A DNA stretch of 64,000 bases from an uncultured Bacilli bacterium (GCA_934102335.1 CAKOSP010000005.1:63-64062); one strand, 5' to 3'. Positions 1-9,590 are shown, numbered from the stretch's first letter. The notes: generated by a model from the sequence alone, not told the origin. Numbers and translations are program-made.

Positions 1-145
1 GAGCCGAAATTAATCGGCTTTTAATTTTTAGGTACCATTTAGGTACCAACACACTAATAAATACCAAATTAATAAGGTTGTTGCTAAAACAAAAAGACCA
101 TAAAAGGCCGAAATTAAAAGGAATTAACATATACAAAGGATAAAA

Positions 146-184
146 GGGCGAGCCCCCTGAAGAGAGCGAAAGCTCTCATTTTTG
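146..184 (+). repeat. Hairpin repeat copy 1: cccctgaag motif followed by GAAA-tetraloop stem gagagc/gctctc and a T-run, resembling an intrinsic terminator
   Basis: Direct reading: gggcgagccccctgaagagagcGAAAgctctcatttttg. A related copy sits at 424-482 with compensatory stem changes. Confidence 0.6.
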
Positions 185-423
185 TTTTAAAGCCAGTGTT
201 TATAAGGGCTTGTAATTTTTGAAATAAAATTTTTTGGTCCAATTTTATTTAGCATTTTCCCACATTTTTGCCCATTTTATAAGGAATTAAAAGGAAGTTG
301 TTTGGTACCAAGATAATTTTGTTTAAGACATAAAAATTGTATGTAATTTGTATCTATTATTAAAAAGTTGTAATTACAAATGCCTAGAAATCTTTATGAA
401 TAAAGGAAATTGATTGAAATGTT

Positions 424-482
424 GCTCTCTTCTAACTGAAGAGAGCAGGCTCCCCTGAAGGAGCCGAAAGGCTCCATTTTTA
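424..482 (+). repeat. Hairpin repeat copy 2: a 9-bp perfect hairpin gctctcttc/gaagagagc, then cccctgaag, then a GAAA-tetraloop stem ggagcc/ggctcc and a T-run
   Basis: Direct reading. The string gaagagagc is shared with copy 1. The stem sequences differ between copies but base pairing is preserved. Confidence 0.6.
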
Positions 483-500
483 TTGCAATAAAAAAATTTA

Positions 501-946
501 ATGAGAGAATATAAACAGTTAGGGGCTTATGGTTTAGTTATAAAGAATAATAAAATATTACTTATTAAGAAATTTAGTGGACCCTATGATGGAAAACTAG
601 ATTTACCAGGTGGAACAATAGAGTTTTGTGAAAGACCAGAAGAGGCTTTGAAAAGGGACTCATGGAAGAAGTGGGTATAGAGGTAGTTGATCGTCAATTA
701 TTTGATGCCGACTCTGTTGCTTTTGAATGGCAATTTAAAGAAGCTGTTTTAGTGAAGGTACATCATACTGGTATTTTCTTTAAAGTTTCAAATTACAATA
801 ATGAAATTAAGAGGGAAGTAAAAGTAGATGAAATAAATGATGATTCACTTGGTGCAGAGTTTTATGATATTGATAAATTATCTAAAAAAGAATTATCTGC
901 TATCGCTATAATGGAATTAGAAAAACTAGGGTATATACTTAATTAA
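501..946 (+). pseudogene. NUDIX hydrolase interrupted by a -1 frameshift (a single-base deletion near 658/659)
   Basis: The frame starting at 501 encodes ...PGGTIEFCERPEEALKRD and then hits a stop at 678. The listed ORF 662..946 continues MEEVGIEV.... When joined across the shift the sequence gives G-TIEFC-E-RPEEALK-RE/D-L-MEE-V-GI, which is a perfect Nudix box (GX5EX7REUXEEXGU). Confidence 0.6.
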
Positions 947-1036
947 TACTGTTTTTTACAGGTAAAATAATTGTAAAGAAAAAAATTTAATTCTTTTTAA
1001 ATACTTTTAATAGTGTTATGATATTATTGATGATAT

Positions 1037-1612
1037 ATGGAAAAGGAATATAATTTACAATGTGCTGATTATGCTATAGAAAAAACTATAGAAAGAGCTG
1101 CTGAGGATCCATCATTAAAACAACTGGCATCTGCGACACATTTAACTAATGCTATTCGTGAATACATGTTTAACAATAGTGCTAGGGGTTTTAGTAGTAA
1201 AGATAATGGTCGCGATTATATTAAGCAAATGACTCCAACTGATTTTCAGGAAATAATTATTAAACATGTTTTTAAATCTAAAAATGCTAAAAATAGATTG
1301 GGTTATGCTCAATTATTATCCATTAATAAAGATTTTTCTGAAAGTTTAACAAATGATGAAGTTCAAGAGTTGATTTATAAATCTTTTAGAGAAATGAATG
1401 TTGAAGGCATAGTATATTTATTAAATAAATATCCAAATTTATACAAGTCTTTGATAAGTCAATTTATTGAAGAAAGATATTTTGATGCAAGTTTAGGTGC
1501 TAATAATTTAGATGTTGATATGATTTCACAAGAAGATGCTTACTATTACAAACAAATAGATAACTATTATAATAGTTTAAGAAATAATTTAGGAAGTTCT
1601 GGTCGTCGCTAG
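1037..1612 (+). CDS. Hypothetical protein, 191 aa, with no recognisable motif
   Basis: A complete ORF. It has slightly higher GC than its surroundings and sits immediately upstream of the giant ORF. Confidence 0.55.
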   Translation: MEKEYNLQCADYAIEKTIERAAEDPSLKQLASATHLTNAIREYMFNNSARGFSSKDNGRDYIKQMTPTDFQEIIIKHVFKSKNAKNRLGYAQLLSINKDFSESLTNDEVQELIYKSFREMNVEGIVYLLNKYPNLYKSLISQFIEERYFDASLGANNLDVDMISQEDAYYYKQIDNYYNSLRNNLGSSGRR

Positions 1613-1682
1613 AGCTTTTTTAATTGCTTTTTTAATCAAAATATATTAAACTAATAACTTAATTAATGAGTGGTGATTATGT

Positions 1683-4600
1683 GTGGTTGTTAATTTTCAA
1701 AAATCTGATGACTATGTAAAAATTTTAAAACAATGTTCTAGACATTTTATATCTAAAAAGAAAAAGAAAAAATATTTGGCTAGTTTAGGTATTGGTGAGT
1801 TAATAAATAATTATAGATTATATTATTTTTATTTTGATAATTCTTCATATCTAGCTGAACTTTTGTATAGTTTGTTTCCCCAAGAGGTAATAGATTATTT
1901 TAAAAATACTGTAGTAGAACGTTCTATTCTTTGGGGAAATGGTACTTATTTTTTAAGAGATTGTATGTCTTTGAAAATTAGAAAATTAGCTATCAATAAT
2001 TATTCTTTAGATAATTTAATTGTAATAATGCGTTATTTACAAAATACTAATGAAATTGATTTAATATGTAATCTTCGAAAACGTGAGATAGTTTTTTTAA
2101 TTAAAGAAAACGTTAAAAACAAGTTGTTTTTAGAATGCTTACATAATTATTTACCTCAATTTATTATTGATGAGTTATTAACTTTTTTAAGCGATGAAGA
2201 TTTGTTGATGATATTTAAAGATACAAAAATATATAACGATAATATTGAATATATTTATGATAAATGTCATGAACGAATTATTAATGCATTTAGTAATCAA
2301 ATAAGTCAAGATCCTAGTACAATGGTTGATTTTATAAATTCTAATTGTCCTAGAGAGATAATTTATGATTGTTTAACTAAAGAGGTTTTAAATATAAATG
2401 ATTTGGATAAAATTATTGTGTCACCTTACATTGATAAGAGTACTAAAGAATTAATTTATAAGTTAATTCCAGATAAAATAGATTTAATTGTTTCTAGAAG
2501 ACTAAATAAAAATCCTTATACTTTATGTGATGTTTTTAATAAGACAATGCCAGATGAATTAATACTTAAATTTAGTGCTACTTTTGGTTCTGATGTTATT
2601 TTACAAATGTATACCGACTTTAATCTTAATTCCCAAATAAAGCTTTTGGTATTTGAGCAAAACGACTATATTAAAGAGACTTTATTTACTTTTATTAAAA
2701 ATGATTATAAAGTGGGTAAGCGTATACTTATTTCATTTAGTGACAGTACTGTTGCTGAGAAATTTGCTTTTTTATTACCAGATGACATAGTTAAATTGGT
2801 TTTTAAATACTTTCCCGATTTTGTTAAAGATAAATACTATAAAACAAATAAGGCACTTGTACAGGAAATATTAAAAAATGCTGTTGACAATGATCCTAAT
2901 TATCATATGCATTATTTAGTTAAAAACTATTCTGTAAATATGTATGCTTTTAGTTTATTAAGTGATAATCAGGTTATAGATTTATTAAGTACACAATCAT
3001 TTATAGTGAGTATTTTTATTTGTAATAAAGAAGTAGAAAATCATTGTAAAGAAGTAATTCAAAACAATTTTTATAAAATGAAGGAAAAGAATGTATCAAA
3101 ATTCTTTAAAATTGTCCAAAGTATTTACGAGTTATCTAAGGATTTATTTATATTTACAATTTCGTTATTTGATTATACTATAGATGAGTATCTTTATTTT
3201 TTATCTGATGATGTTCCAGAAAAACTTCAAAAATCATTTTTAGAAATTAAGTATAATTCTTTTAGTAAATTAGTTCAAAAATGTTTGTTATGTTCTGATT
3301 TTGATAAAAAGTCACTTTTAGTAAAAGGGTTGCCAAAAGATATTCTAAAACTAGTTGTTGAAAATATGTCTGATCAAGAAGTAATTGAAATTTTATCTGA
3401 TGATAAATTTGTTAATAGCTTTAATACTGGAGAAGATTTAGCTTCTTTAATATATGCTTATAAATTTGGTAATGAGTCTAACTATGATATTGTTGAAACA
3501 CTTATAAAAAATTATAATGGGTCGAAAATTGAATTTGTAAAAAATTTTGAACTTGTTAATGATTTTTTAAAAAACGTTAATGTTAATCCGTCTAAATTTT
3601 GGCAATATTCATTAAATACCAGTTATAATTATGTTAGTGATATTGTTTTGATATTTAAAACAGATATGGATAATTTTGTTAAAACTTATGATTATTTTAA
3701 TGAACATGTATTTTTAGATGATAATGACGGTTTTATTAGTTTTAGTTTGATGTCAATGATTAAAAATTATAGAAGGTATCCTGAATTATGTAGAAGTATT
3801 GTTCAGAAAAAACAAAACCTTTCAAAACAACAACTTAATGATTTATTATTTTTATTTAATTGTAAAGAATCTTATGAAAATTCATGTAAACCATGTACTA
3901 TTGAAGAGTGTAAAAATGTTAAAAATATGTTAAGAGAAAAACTGGAAAATTTAATTAGTAATTCTGAATCATTAGTTGAAATTAAAGATTTTATTTCTTC
4001 ACTTTTATTTAACTGTGAATTTAGCATTTCTAGTAAATGGTTAAGTACCTATGGATTTTTAAAGGATTTAATTCAACTAGAATTCAATAATCGTTTTAAT
4101 AAAGATATTATTAATGAAATTAAACAAGCGGAATCATTTACTATTTTGTTAGAACAATTGTATAATATTTCAGATATTAATGAAATAAAAGTGATGGCTC
4201 AGCATATTTTAGATAATTTTAATTTACTTGTTAATAAATTTTCTGAGATTAATTATAAAGAAATGATGAGACAATTATATGCAAAAGAGGCTCAAACTAA
4301 TTTGACAAAAATAACTGAGGAAAATAAAGAATTTTATTTAAATAGAGCAAAGACTGAGTTATACGGTGTAAATGTTTATGATTTTAGACAACAACAATAT
4401 GTTTTATATACACATGTTAAAAGTTACAATGAAACTATAGATGATATTGTAAATGGAGTATCTGATGGTAATAAAAATTTTATTTCTTTATCCGCTATTA
4501 CTCATCGTAATCAAAAGTACTATTATAATTTTGATAAATTAAAATTTGGCTATAATGAAATCCCAATCGGTAATTATGTTTGTAGTTCTAGCGAAAATAT

Positions 4601-5621
4601 GGGATCTAACTATCATATGAAAAGAAATAGTTTTGAATTTGATCTAGACCATATTAATCAAAGAGGAATAATGGATACTAGTGATTCGAAAAGTAATTCA
4701 GAAATATTATGTTTTAGAGAAGGATTAAAACCAAACTTTATAATAGTTCCTGCTGATGAAGAAATTAATTATGAAAAAATAAGTATTGCTAAGAAATATA
4801 ATTTAAGTATTATTCTTACACAACCTAAAAATATTACAATAGATAATCCTAAAAATGTAAAAAATAATTATAATTATTTTGATGGACAAAAAACTAAATT
4901 ATTGATATGTCAAAATGAACTTTTAAAATATAAAAAAACTCGTAAGAAAATTGCAATATTTACTGACTCTCATGCCCTTTTTGAACCTACTTTGGCTATT
5001 TTAGAAGATGCTAGAAACTTAAATGTTGATGAAATTTATTCATTGGGTGACAATATTGGCACTGGACCTAATCCTAGTGAAGTTTTAAATTTGTTAAAAA
5101 GATATGATGTTAAATCTTTAAAAGGAAATCATGAAAAATATGTTGTAGATGGGCTTGATGGACTTCGTGAACATCTAGATAAAGTAGGTGGATACCAAGA
5201 AGCATATTTGAATAGTAATTGGACTAAGAATAATTTAACAGAAGATCAATTGAAAGAGATTGCTAATAGTCCTGAATTTTTAGAATTACAATTTGGTGAT
5301 AAGAAGATTTTGTTATGCCATAGTTTAAGAGATTATAACACTAATGAGATAATTTATAATCCAAAAAATTATGATTATGTTTTTCAGGGACATATTCATT
5401 TTAGAAATCAAAGTGATAATACCCTTACTCTTCGTGGGGCTGGTATAGGATCTTTGGATGAAAAAACTGAAGCTTATTATATTATTTTGCATTTAGAGGA
5501 AGATGGTTTGAAAATTGAAGAAAGATACGTTTCATATGATCTTAATAATACATTGAATGACATCAATTGTGTAGATAATAATACTAAGACAAAAATTAGA
5601 TGTTGGATTAAAAAAAGATAA
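1683..5621 (+). CDS. Large (1312 aa) alpha-helical repeat protein with a C-terminal YfcE/MJ0936-type metallophosphoesterase domain
   Basis: GTG start at 1683, 6 nt after a GGTGA RBS. The C-terminal ~225 aa (nt ~4945-5618) carry all five metallophosphoesterase motifs: IFTDSH (DxH), SLGDNIG (GD), KGNHE (GNHE), LLCHS (H) and QGHIH (GHxH). The N-terminal ~1080 aa is made of recurring ~35-40 aa helical units such as DDIVKLVFKYF, KDILKLVVENMSDQEVIEIL and DELLTFLSDEDLLMIF, and contains no catalytic motif. Confidence 0.75.
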   Translation: MVVNFQKSDDYVKILKQCSRHFISKKKKKKYLASLGIGELINNYRLYYFYFDNSSYLAELLYSLFPQEVIDYFKNTVVERSILWGNGTYFLRDCMSLKIRKLAINNYSLDNLIVIMRYLQNTNEIDLICNLRKREIVFLIKENVKNKLFLECLHNYLPQFIIDELLTFLSDEDLLMIFKDTKIYNDNIEYIYDKCHERIINAFSNQISQDPSTMVDFINSNCPREIIYDCLTKEVLNINDLDKIIVSPYIDKSTKELIYKLIPDKIDLIVSRRLNKNPYTLCDVFNKTMPDELILKFSATFGSDVILQMYTDFNLNSQIKLLVFEQNDYIKETLFTFIKNDYKVGKRILISFSDSTVAEKFAFLLPDDIVKLVFKYFPDFVKDKYYKTNKALVQEILKNAVDNDPNYHMHYLVKNYSVNMYAFSLLSDNQVIDLLSTQSFIVSIFICNKEVENHCKEVIQNNFYKMKEKNVSKFFKIVQSIYELSKDLFIFTISLFDYTIDEYLYFLSDDVPEKLQKSFLEIKYNSFSKLVQKCLLCSDFDKKSLLVKGLPKDILKLVVENMSDQEVIEILSDDKFVNSFNTGEDLASLIYAYKFGNESNYDIVETLIKNYNGSKIEFVKNFELVNDFLKNVNVNPSKFWQYSLNTSYNYVSDIVLIFKTDMDNFVKTYDYFNEHVFLDDNDGFISFSLMSMIKNYRRYPELCRSIVQKKQNLSKQQLNDLLFLFNCKESYENSCKPCTIEECKNVKNMLREKLENLISNSESLVEIKDFISSLLFNCEFSISSKWLSTYGFLKDLIQLEFNNRFNKDIINEIKQAESFTILLEQLYNISDINEIKVMAQHILDNFNLLVNKFSEINYKEMMRQLYAKEAQTNLTKITEENKEFYLNRAKTELYGVNVYDFRQQQYVLYTHVKSYNETIDDIVNGVSDGNKNFISLSAITHRNQKYYYNFDKLKFGYNEIPIGNYVCSSSENMGSNYHMKRNSFEFDLDHINQRGIMDTSDSKSNSEILCFREGLKPNFIIVPADEEINYEKISIAKKYNLSIILTQPKNITIDNPKNVKNNYNYFDGQKTKLLICQNELLKYKKTRKKIAIFTDSHALFEPTLAILEDARNLNVDEIYSLGDNIGTGPNPSEVLNLLKRYDVKSLKGNHEKYVVDGLDGLREHLDKVGGYQEAYLNSNWTKNNLTEDQLKEIANSPEFLELQFGDKKILLCHSLRDYNTNEIIYNPKNYDYVFQGHIHFRNQSDNTLTLRGAGIGSLDEKTEAYYIILHLEEDGLKIEERYVSYDLNNTLNDINCVDNNTKTKIRCWIKKR

Positions 5622-5666
5622 TTTACTTGAATTGTTTATTAATGATATAATAATACTTGTGATTAT

Positions 5667-6455
5667 ATGGATACTGGTAATATAATTTTAAATAGACTGA
5701 TAGAATCTACTATAATAATTGTTATAAGTTTTATTTTTTATAAATTAGTAAACTTATTGTTAAAAAAAGCAATAAATAGTGCTAATGAGCATAATTTAAA
5801 AGTTTCTAAAGAAAAAACAACACTTTTTTATCTTTTGTCAAATGGAGTAAAGTATGTGTTTTTGATAGTAATTGCGTTAATAATTTTACAAGTTAATGGT
5901 GTAAATGTTTCGACAATGTTAGCAGGAGTTGGAATTGTTGGAGTAGTTGTAGGCCTTGCTATTCAAGATGCTTTAAAAGATATTATTCGTGGAATTACTT
6001 TATTGGGAGAAGATTATTATAAAGTTGGGGATATAGTTAAAATAGGGGATAATACTGGCGAAGTTGTTTACATGGGCCTAAAAACTACTAGAATTAAAGA
6101 TATGTATACACTAAATATTGTATCTATTGCTAATCGAAACATTGAAAAAGTTGAAATTCTTTCAGGATGTTTAGGGATTGATGTGCCAATGCCATATGAA
6201 GTAACTTTGAAACATGCTGAAAAGGTTATTGAGGAAATAATTCAAGAAATATTAAAAAATAAATATGTTAAAGAGGCAAATTATAGGAATATATCTAAAT
6301 TAGATGATTCGTGTATAAAGTATAAGATTATATTAAAAGTTGATGTCAAAAGAAAATTACAAGTTGATCGTGATGTAAATAGGGTTATTGTAGATATATT
6401 AGCTAAAAATAAAATAGATATTCCTTATAATCAACTTGATATACATACAAAATAA
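5667..6455 (+). CDS. Mechanosensitive ion channel, MscS family
   Basis: TM helices followed by GVGIVGVVVGLAIQDALKDIIRGITLL and a beta-domain VGDIVKIGDNTGEVVYMGLKTTRIKD, which is typical of MscS. Confidence 0.85.
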   Translation: MDTGNIILNRLIESTIIIVISFIFYKLVNLLLKKAINSANEHNLKVSKEKTTLFYLLSNGVKYVFLIVIALIILQVNGVNVSTMLAGVGIVGVVVGLAIQDALKDIIRGITLLGEDYYKVGDIVKIGDNTGEVVYMGLKTTRIKDMYTLNIVSIANRNIEKVEILSGCLGIDVPMPYEVTLKHAEKVIEEIIQEILKNKYVKEANYRNISKLDDSCIKYKIILKVDVKRKLQVDRDVNRVIVDILAKNKIDIPYNQLDIHTK

Positions 6456-6464
6456 AGAGGTATT

Positions 6465-6986
6465 ATGAAAACTATTATATTTAATGATGATAATTTAACG
6501 GATAATGATATAAATAATGTTGTAAAAAGAGCAAAAGTTTTAATTGAAAATAATAAAAAAGAATTTTTAATTGCCAATTCCTATAAAAATTACCATTTAA
6601 TTGGTGGTCATGTTGAAGATAAAGAAACAGATTTTGAATGTATAAAACGTGAAACTTTGGAAGAAACTGGCATTTTATTAACAAATGAAAAGTTTATTCC
6701 TATTATGCAAATTATTTATTATAATAAGAATTATCCTGAAACTGGAATTGATTCTAAATATATTGCTAATTATTATTGGACAATAACTGATAAAAATATT
6801 AGAGCTGATTTAACTAACTTAACTGACGAGGAATTGGATGGTAAATTTAAATGTGTATTTATAAAAAATACGGAAATACTTGATGTTTTAAAAAAATCAA
6901 TGGATAACTGTACTAGAAAAAATGTAGTTAGAGACACTTATTTAGCTGTAGAAGAATACATTAAAACAAAAGAAAAAGACGAGTAA
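6465..6986 (+). CDS. NUDIX hydrolase
   Basis: Nudix box GHVEDKETDFECIKRETLEETGI matches GX5EX7REUXEEXGU. Confidence 0.85.
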   Translation: MKTIIFNDDNLTDNDINNVVKRAKVLIENNKKEFLIANSYKNYHLIGGHVEDKETDFECIKRETLEETGILLTNEKFIPIMQIIYYNKNYPETGIDSKYIANYYWTITDKNIRADLTNLTDEELDGKFKCVFIKNTEILDVLKKSMDNCTRKNVVRDTYLAVEEYIKTKEKDE

Positions 6987-7002
6987 TCGTCTTTTATTTT
7001 TT
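6976..7002. terminator. Bidirectional intrinsic terminator between convergent genes
   Basis: aagacga-gtaa-tcgtctt followed by ttattttt, with an A-run upstream. Confidence 0.7.
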
Positions 7003-8091
7003 AAAGGAATTACTTTGTAAGTTATCAATAGTTGCACTTGTTATACTTCCATCATAATTTTTAAAATTAATTTGTTGGCCATCGTCTAAATAACTTAAAA
7101 CATGTTGGTAGTATAGATTATCTCCATTGTTTGTTTCATTTATATGTTCTTTGAAGTTATTTCCATATTGACTAATTATTTTACTTATAGCTCCAGAGCC
7201 TTTGTTATAAGCCATTATCGTTGCAACTATTTTTTCACTTTCATTTAATGTAGGGTACTTGTTACAAATATTTTTATATTCGTTAGCTAAAATCATACAA
7301 CCAACTTTAATGGCGTATTCAGGATTTACTAACATAGCACCGTTTATTTTAAGAGTTTCTAAAGAATTTGTTTTATAATTGAAAGCATTTATATCATTTT
7401 CATACCATACTGGTTCAATACACATAACACCTTTAGCATAACATTCTGTACTATTATAGGCATTTTCCTGAGTAATTATTGCTAAAACTAAATTACTATC
7501 TAATCCATACATAGGTGCTATTTTATCTACAATATTTTTATAATTTTGTTTAGCAAATCTATTTTTTTCGGAATCTTTTCGAAATTCATAATCTATTGAT
7601 ATAATATTTTCCTGCTGTAAGGGTTTAACGTTTTCACTTAGACAATTTTCAATTTTATTTTCTTCTGGTTCATATATTTGTAAAGTTTCAATTTCAGGTT
7701 TAATCTCATTTTCTTTTTGAGATGTTTTTGCATGTGATGAGATTATGCTAGCTGTTGATAAAATAGTTACTAAACCCATGGCGGCTGTAAATACTTTAAA
7801 ACTATATTTGTTTTTTCTAGTTACTTTTGGAGCTTTATGATATATAAATTTTTCATTTTTTCTTTCTAAATAACTTCTTATTAAATTATTGTCGTTTAGT
7901 ATATAAGCTTTTTCACTTCGACTGTATCCTATGCTTGTAACATTAAATTTATTTATTCTTTTTTCTAACTCTTGTAAATTTATTTCAACAATTTGACCTT
8001 TGATTACTAAAAATGCTTTATATACTTTATTATTTTTTAATTTTATTTTTATATATGGATTACTCATTATATTTTTCCCATTCTGCATCAA
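6994..8091 (-). CDS. Membrane-anchored lytic transglycosylase (SLT-domain) protein
   Basis: N-terminal TM segment. SLT-like core LVLAIITQENAYNS...ECYAKGVMCIEPVWYE. Confidence 0.65.
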   Translation of the reverse strand: MMQNGKNIMSNPYIKIKLKNNKVYKAFLVIKGQIVEINLQELEKRINKFNVTSIGYSRSEKAYILNDNNLIRSYLERKNEKFIYHKAPKVTRKNKYSFKVFTAAMGLVTILSTASIISSHAKTSQKENEIKPEIETLQIYEPEENKIENCLSENVKPLQQENIISIDYEFRKDSEKNRFAKQNYKNIVDKIAPMYGLDSNLVLAIITQENAYNSTECYAKGVMCIEPVWYENDINAFNYKTNSLETLKINGAMLVNPEYAIKVGCMILANEYKNICNKYPTLNESEKIVATIMAYNKGSGAISKIISQYGNNFKEHINETNNGDNLYYQHVLSYLDDGQQINFKNYDGSITSATIDNLQSNSFKK

Positions 8092-8308
8092 TTATATCCC
8101 ATTCTTTATCATTTTCAATGGGTAATAAAGTTATTTTATTTTTATTAATAACGTATTTTGATGCTAGTACTTCATAATTTTTATTTTCGTCTAGTAATCC
8201 ATCCGTATATATCATATAATTTTCGTTATTATACTTAAAAGTGTGTAGTATTTGACAAGTTATTTTGTTGCCTTGATTGTCAGTTAGCTCAAAAGTTTTA
8301 TCTTCCAT
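8060..8308 (-). CDS. DUF1292 (UPF0473 / YrzB-like) small protein
   Basis: ITCQILHTF...NYMIYTDG...LPIENDKEWDIIDAEW is characteristic of DUF1292. Confidence 0.7.
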   Translation of the reverse strand: MEDKTFELTDNQGNKITCQILHTFKYNNENYMIYTDGLLDENKNYEVLASKYVINKNKITLLPIENDKEWDIIDAEWEKYNE

Positions 8309-8326
8309 AGTATCACCCTATTATGA

Positions 8327-9250
8327 TTATAACATATCTCCTTGAAAAATATCTTTTTTTGTCATTTCTTTATCTATATTATTTAACACTATAAATTTTT
8401 TTACTAACCATTGTGGTTCGATTAAATCTTCTTTTATTGGGTCTCCGGTTATTCTTTCAATAACCATGTTTTCGTTTAAATATCTTAATTGTGTACAAAC
8501 TATTTCTATGTATTCTTCCATTGTTAAGACATGAAATGGATGTTCACTATATATTTTAGCTAGTTTAGTATTTTTTACTATATGGAGCATATGAATTTTT
8601 ATTCCTTCAATGTTTAAACTGTTAACATATTTTACCGTATTTATCATATCTTCTTTTGTTTCATTGGGAAGACCGTTAATTATGTGGACAACTACAAATA
8701 TATTTTTTTCATGAAGTCTCTTTACACATTTTTCAAAATCTTCTTTTGTATGTCCTCTGTTGATATATTTTAAAGTATTGTTATTATTACTTTGAAGCCC
8801 TAATTCAACTGTTAAAAAAGTTTTTTTATTTAATTGTTCTAAGTATGTTAAGCATTCTTCATTGATTGAATCTGGTCTTGTTGCTATTGAAATTCCAACA
8901 CAATCGTGTAACTCTATTAAAGGATCACATAATTTTTTCAGATTAGCAACACTTGTATTAGTATTTGTTCCAGCTTGAAGATAAGCAATATATTTAGCAT
9001 CGGGCCATTTTTTATTTAGTATTTTTGTTTCTTCTTTAAATTGATTTATTAAAGATAAATCCTTATTTATAATATTGGCTGCAGAATTATCACTACAATA
9101 AATACAACCACCATTGACTTTATTTGGACAATTAATATTTGCATCTAATGGAATTTTGGCTATTTTGCAACCAAATTTATTTCTAAAAAAATAATTTAAT
9201 GTGTGATATCTTTTATTATCTAATGTATATTTAAACATAATAATCACCAT
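8327..9250 (-). CDS. Radical SAM protein, TIGR01212 (YtqA-like) family
   Basis: CxxxGGCxYC cluster (CPNKVNGGCIYC) and the conserved TIGR01212 core. The true start is probably the M of MFKYTL. Confidence 0.75.
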   Translation of the reverse strand: MVIIMFKYTLDNKRYHTLNYFFRNKFGCKIAKIPLDANINCPNKVNGGCIYCSDNSAANIINKDLSLINQFKEETKILNKKWPDAKYIAYLQAGTNTNTSVANLKKLCDPLIELHDCVGISIATRPDSINEECLTYLEQLNKKTFLTVELGLQSNNNNTLKYINRGHTKEDFEKCVKRLHEKNIFVVVHIINGLPNETKEDMINTVKYVNSLNIEGIKIHMLHIVKNTKLAKIYSEHPFHVLTMEEYIEIVCTQLRYLNENMVIERITGDPIKEDLIEPQWLVKKFIVLNNIDKEMTKKDIFQGDML

Positions 9251-9306
9251 AATAATTGTAGCATATCATTGAAAAAAAGACCAAAATAAGTTATAATTAG
9301 TTTACT

Positions 9307-9382
9307 GCTGGAATAGCTCAGTTGGTAGAGCAACGCCCTCGTAACGCGTAGGTCGTAGGTTCGACTCCTACTTCCAGCACCA
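9307..9382 (+). tRNA. tRNA-Thr (anticodon CGT)
   Basis: Cloverleaf with acceptor gctggaa/ttccagc, T-arm gtagg-ttcgact-cctac, anticodon loop ctCGTaa and a CCA end. There is one C-C mismatch at 31:39. Confidence 0.8.
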
Positions 9383-9395
9383 GATTGATAGAAAA

Positions 9396-9416
9396 CTTGA
9401 ACTTTTCGAGTTTTAT
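9396..9416 (+). terminator. Hairpin cttgaa-ctt-ttcgag plus a T-run immediately 3' of tRNA-Thr(CGT)
   Basis: Direct reading. The same ctcgaa...ttcgag hairpin recurs at 10459, 13060 and 14269. Confidence 0.65.
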
Positions 9417-9454
9417 AATACAAAAAAAGAGTTATATATAACTCGTAAATATAC

Positions 9455-9590
9455 TAAAATGCCATTTTAGTAACACACTACGCTATTGGCAAAGCCAATA
9501 ACGGTGTGAAAAAGGGAATTTTCCTTTTTAAAACCTTTTAAGCATAATTTTAGCAAGGCATAAAGCCATGCAAAATTATGTTTTTATTTT
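9455..9590 (+). repeat. tRNA-Thr-downstream ~130-nt repeat, copy A, a candidate small RNA with an internal hairpin and a terminal intrinsic terminator
   Basis: About 85% identical to 13274-13396. It has a conserved 9-bp stem cataatttt/aaaattatg followed by tttttatttt, and an upstream hairpin cacac..tattgg-caaag-ccaata..gtgtg. Confidence 0.55.

Noticed and set aside
1735-1770. A-rich tract (aaaaagaaaaagaaaaaa) encoding KKKKKK near the N-terminus of the giant ORF, considered as a slipped-strand phase-variation site
   Set aside because: The A-runs are only 5-6 nt and are interrupted by G. No out-of-frame continuation suggests switching. It is most likely just a lysine patch.
6481-6684. 67-aa minus-strand ORF inside the NUDIX gene
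   Set aside because: It is antisense to a well-supported CDS and has low-complexity Leu/Tyr-rich translation typical of AT-rich antisense frames.
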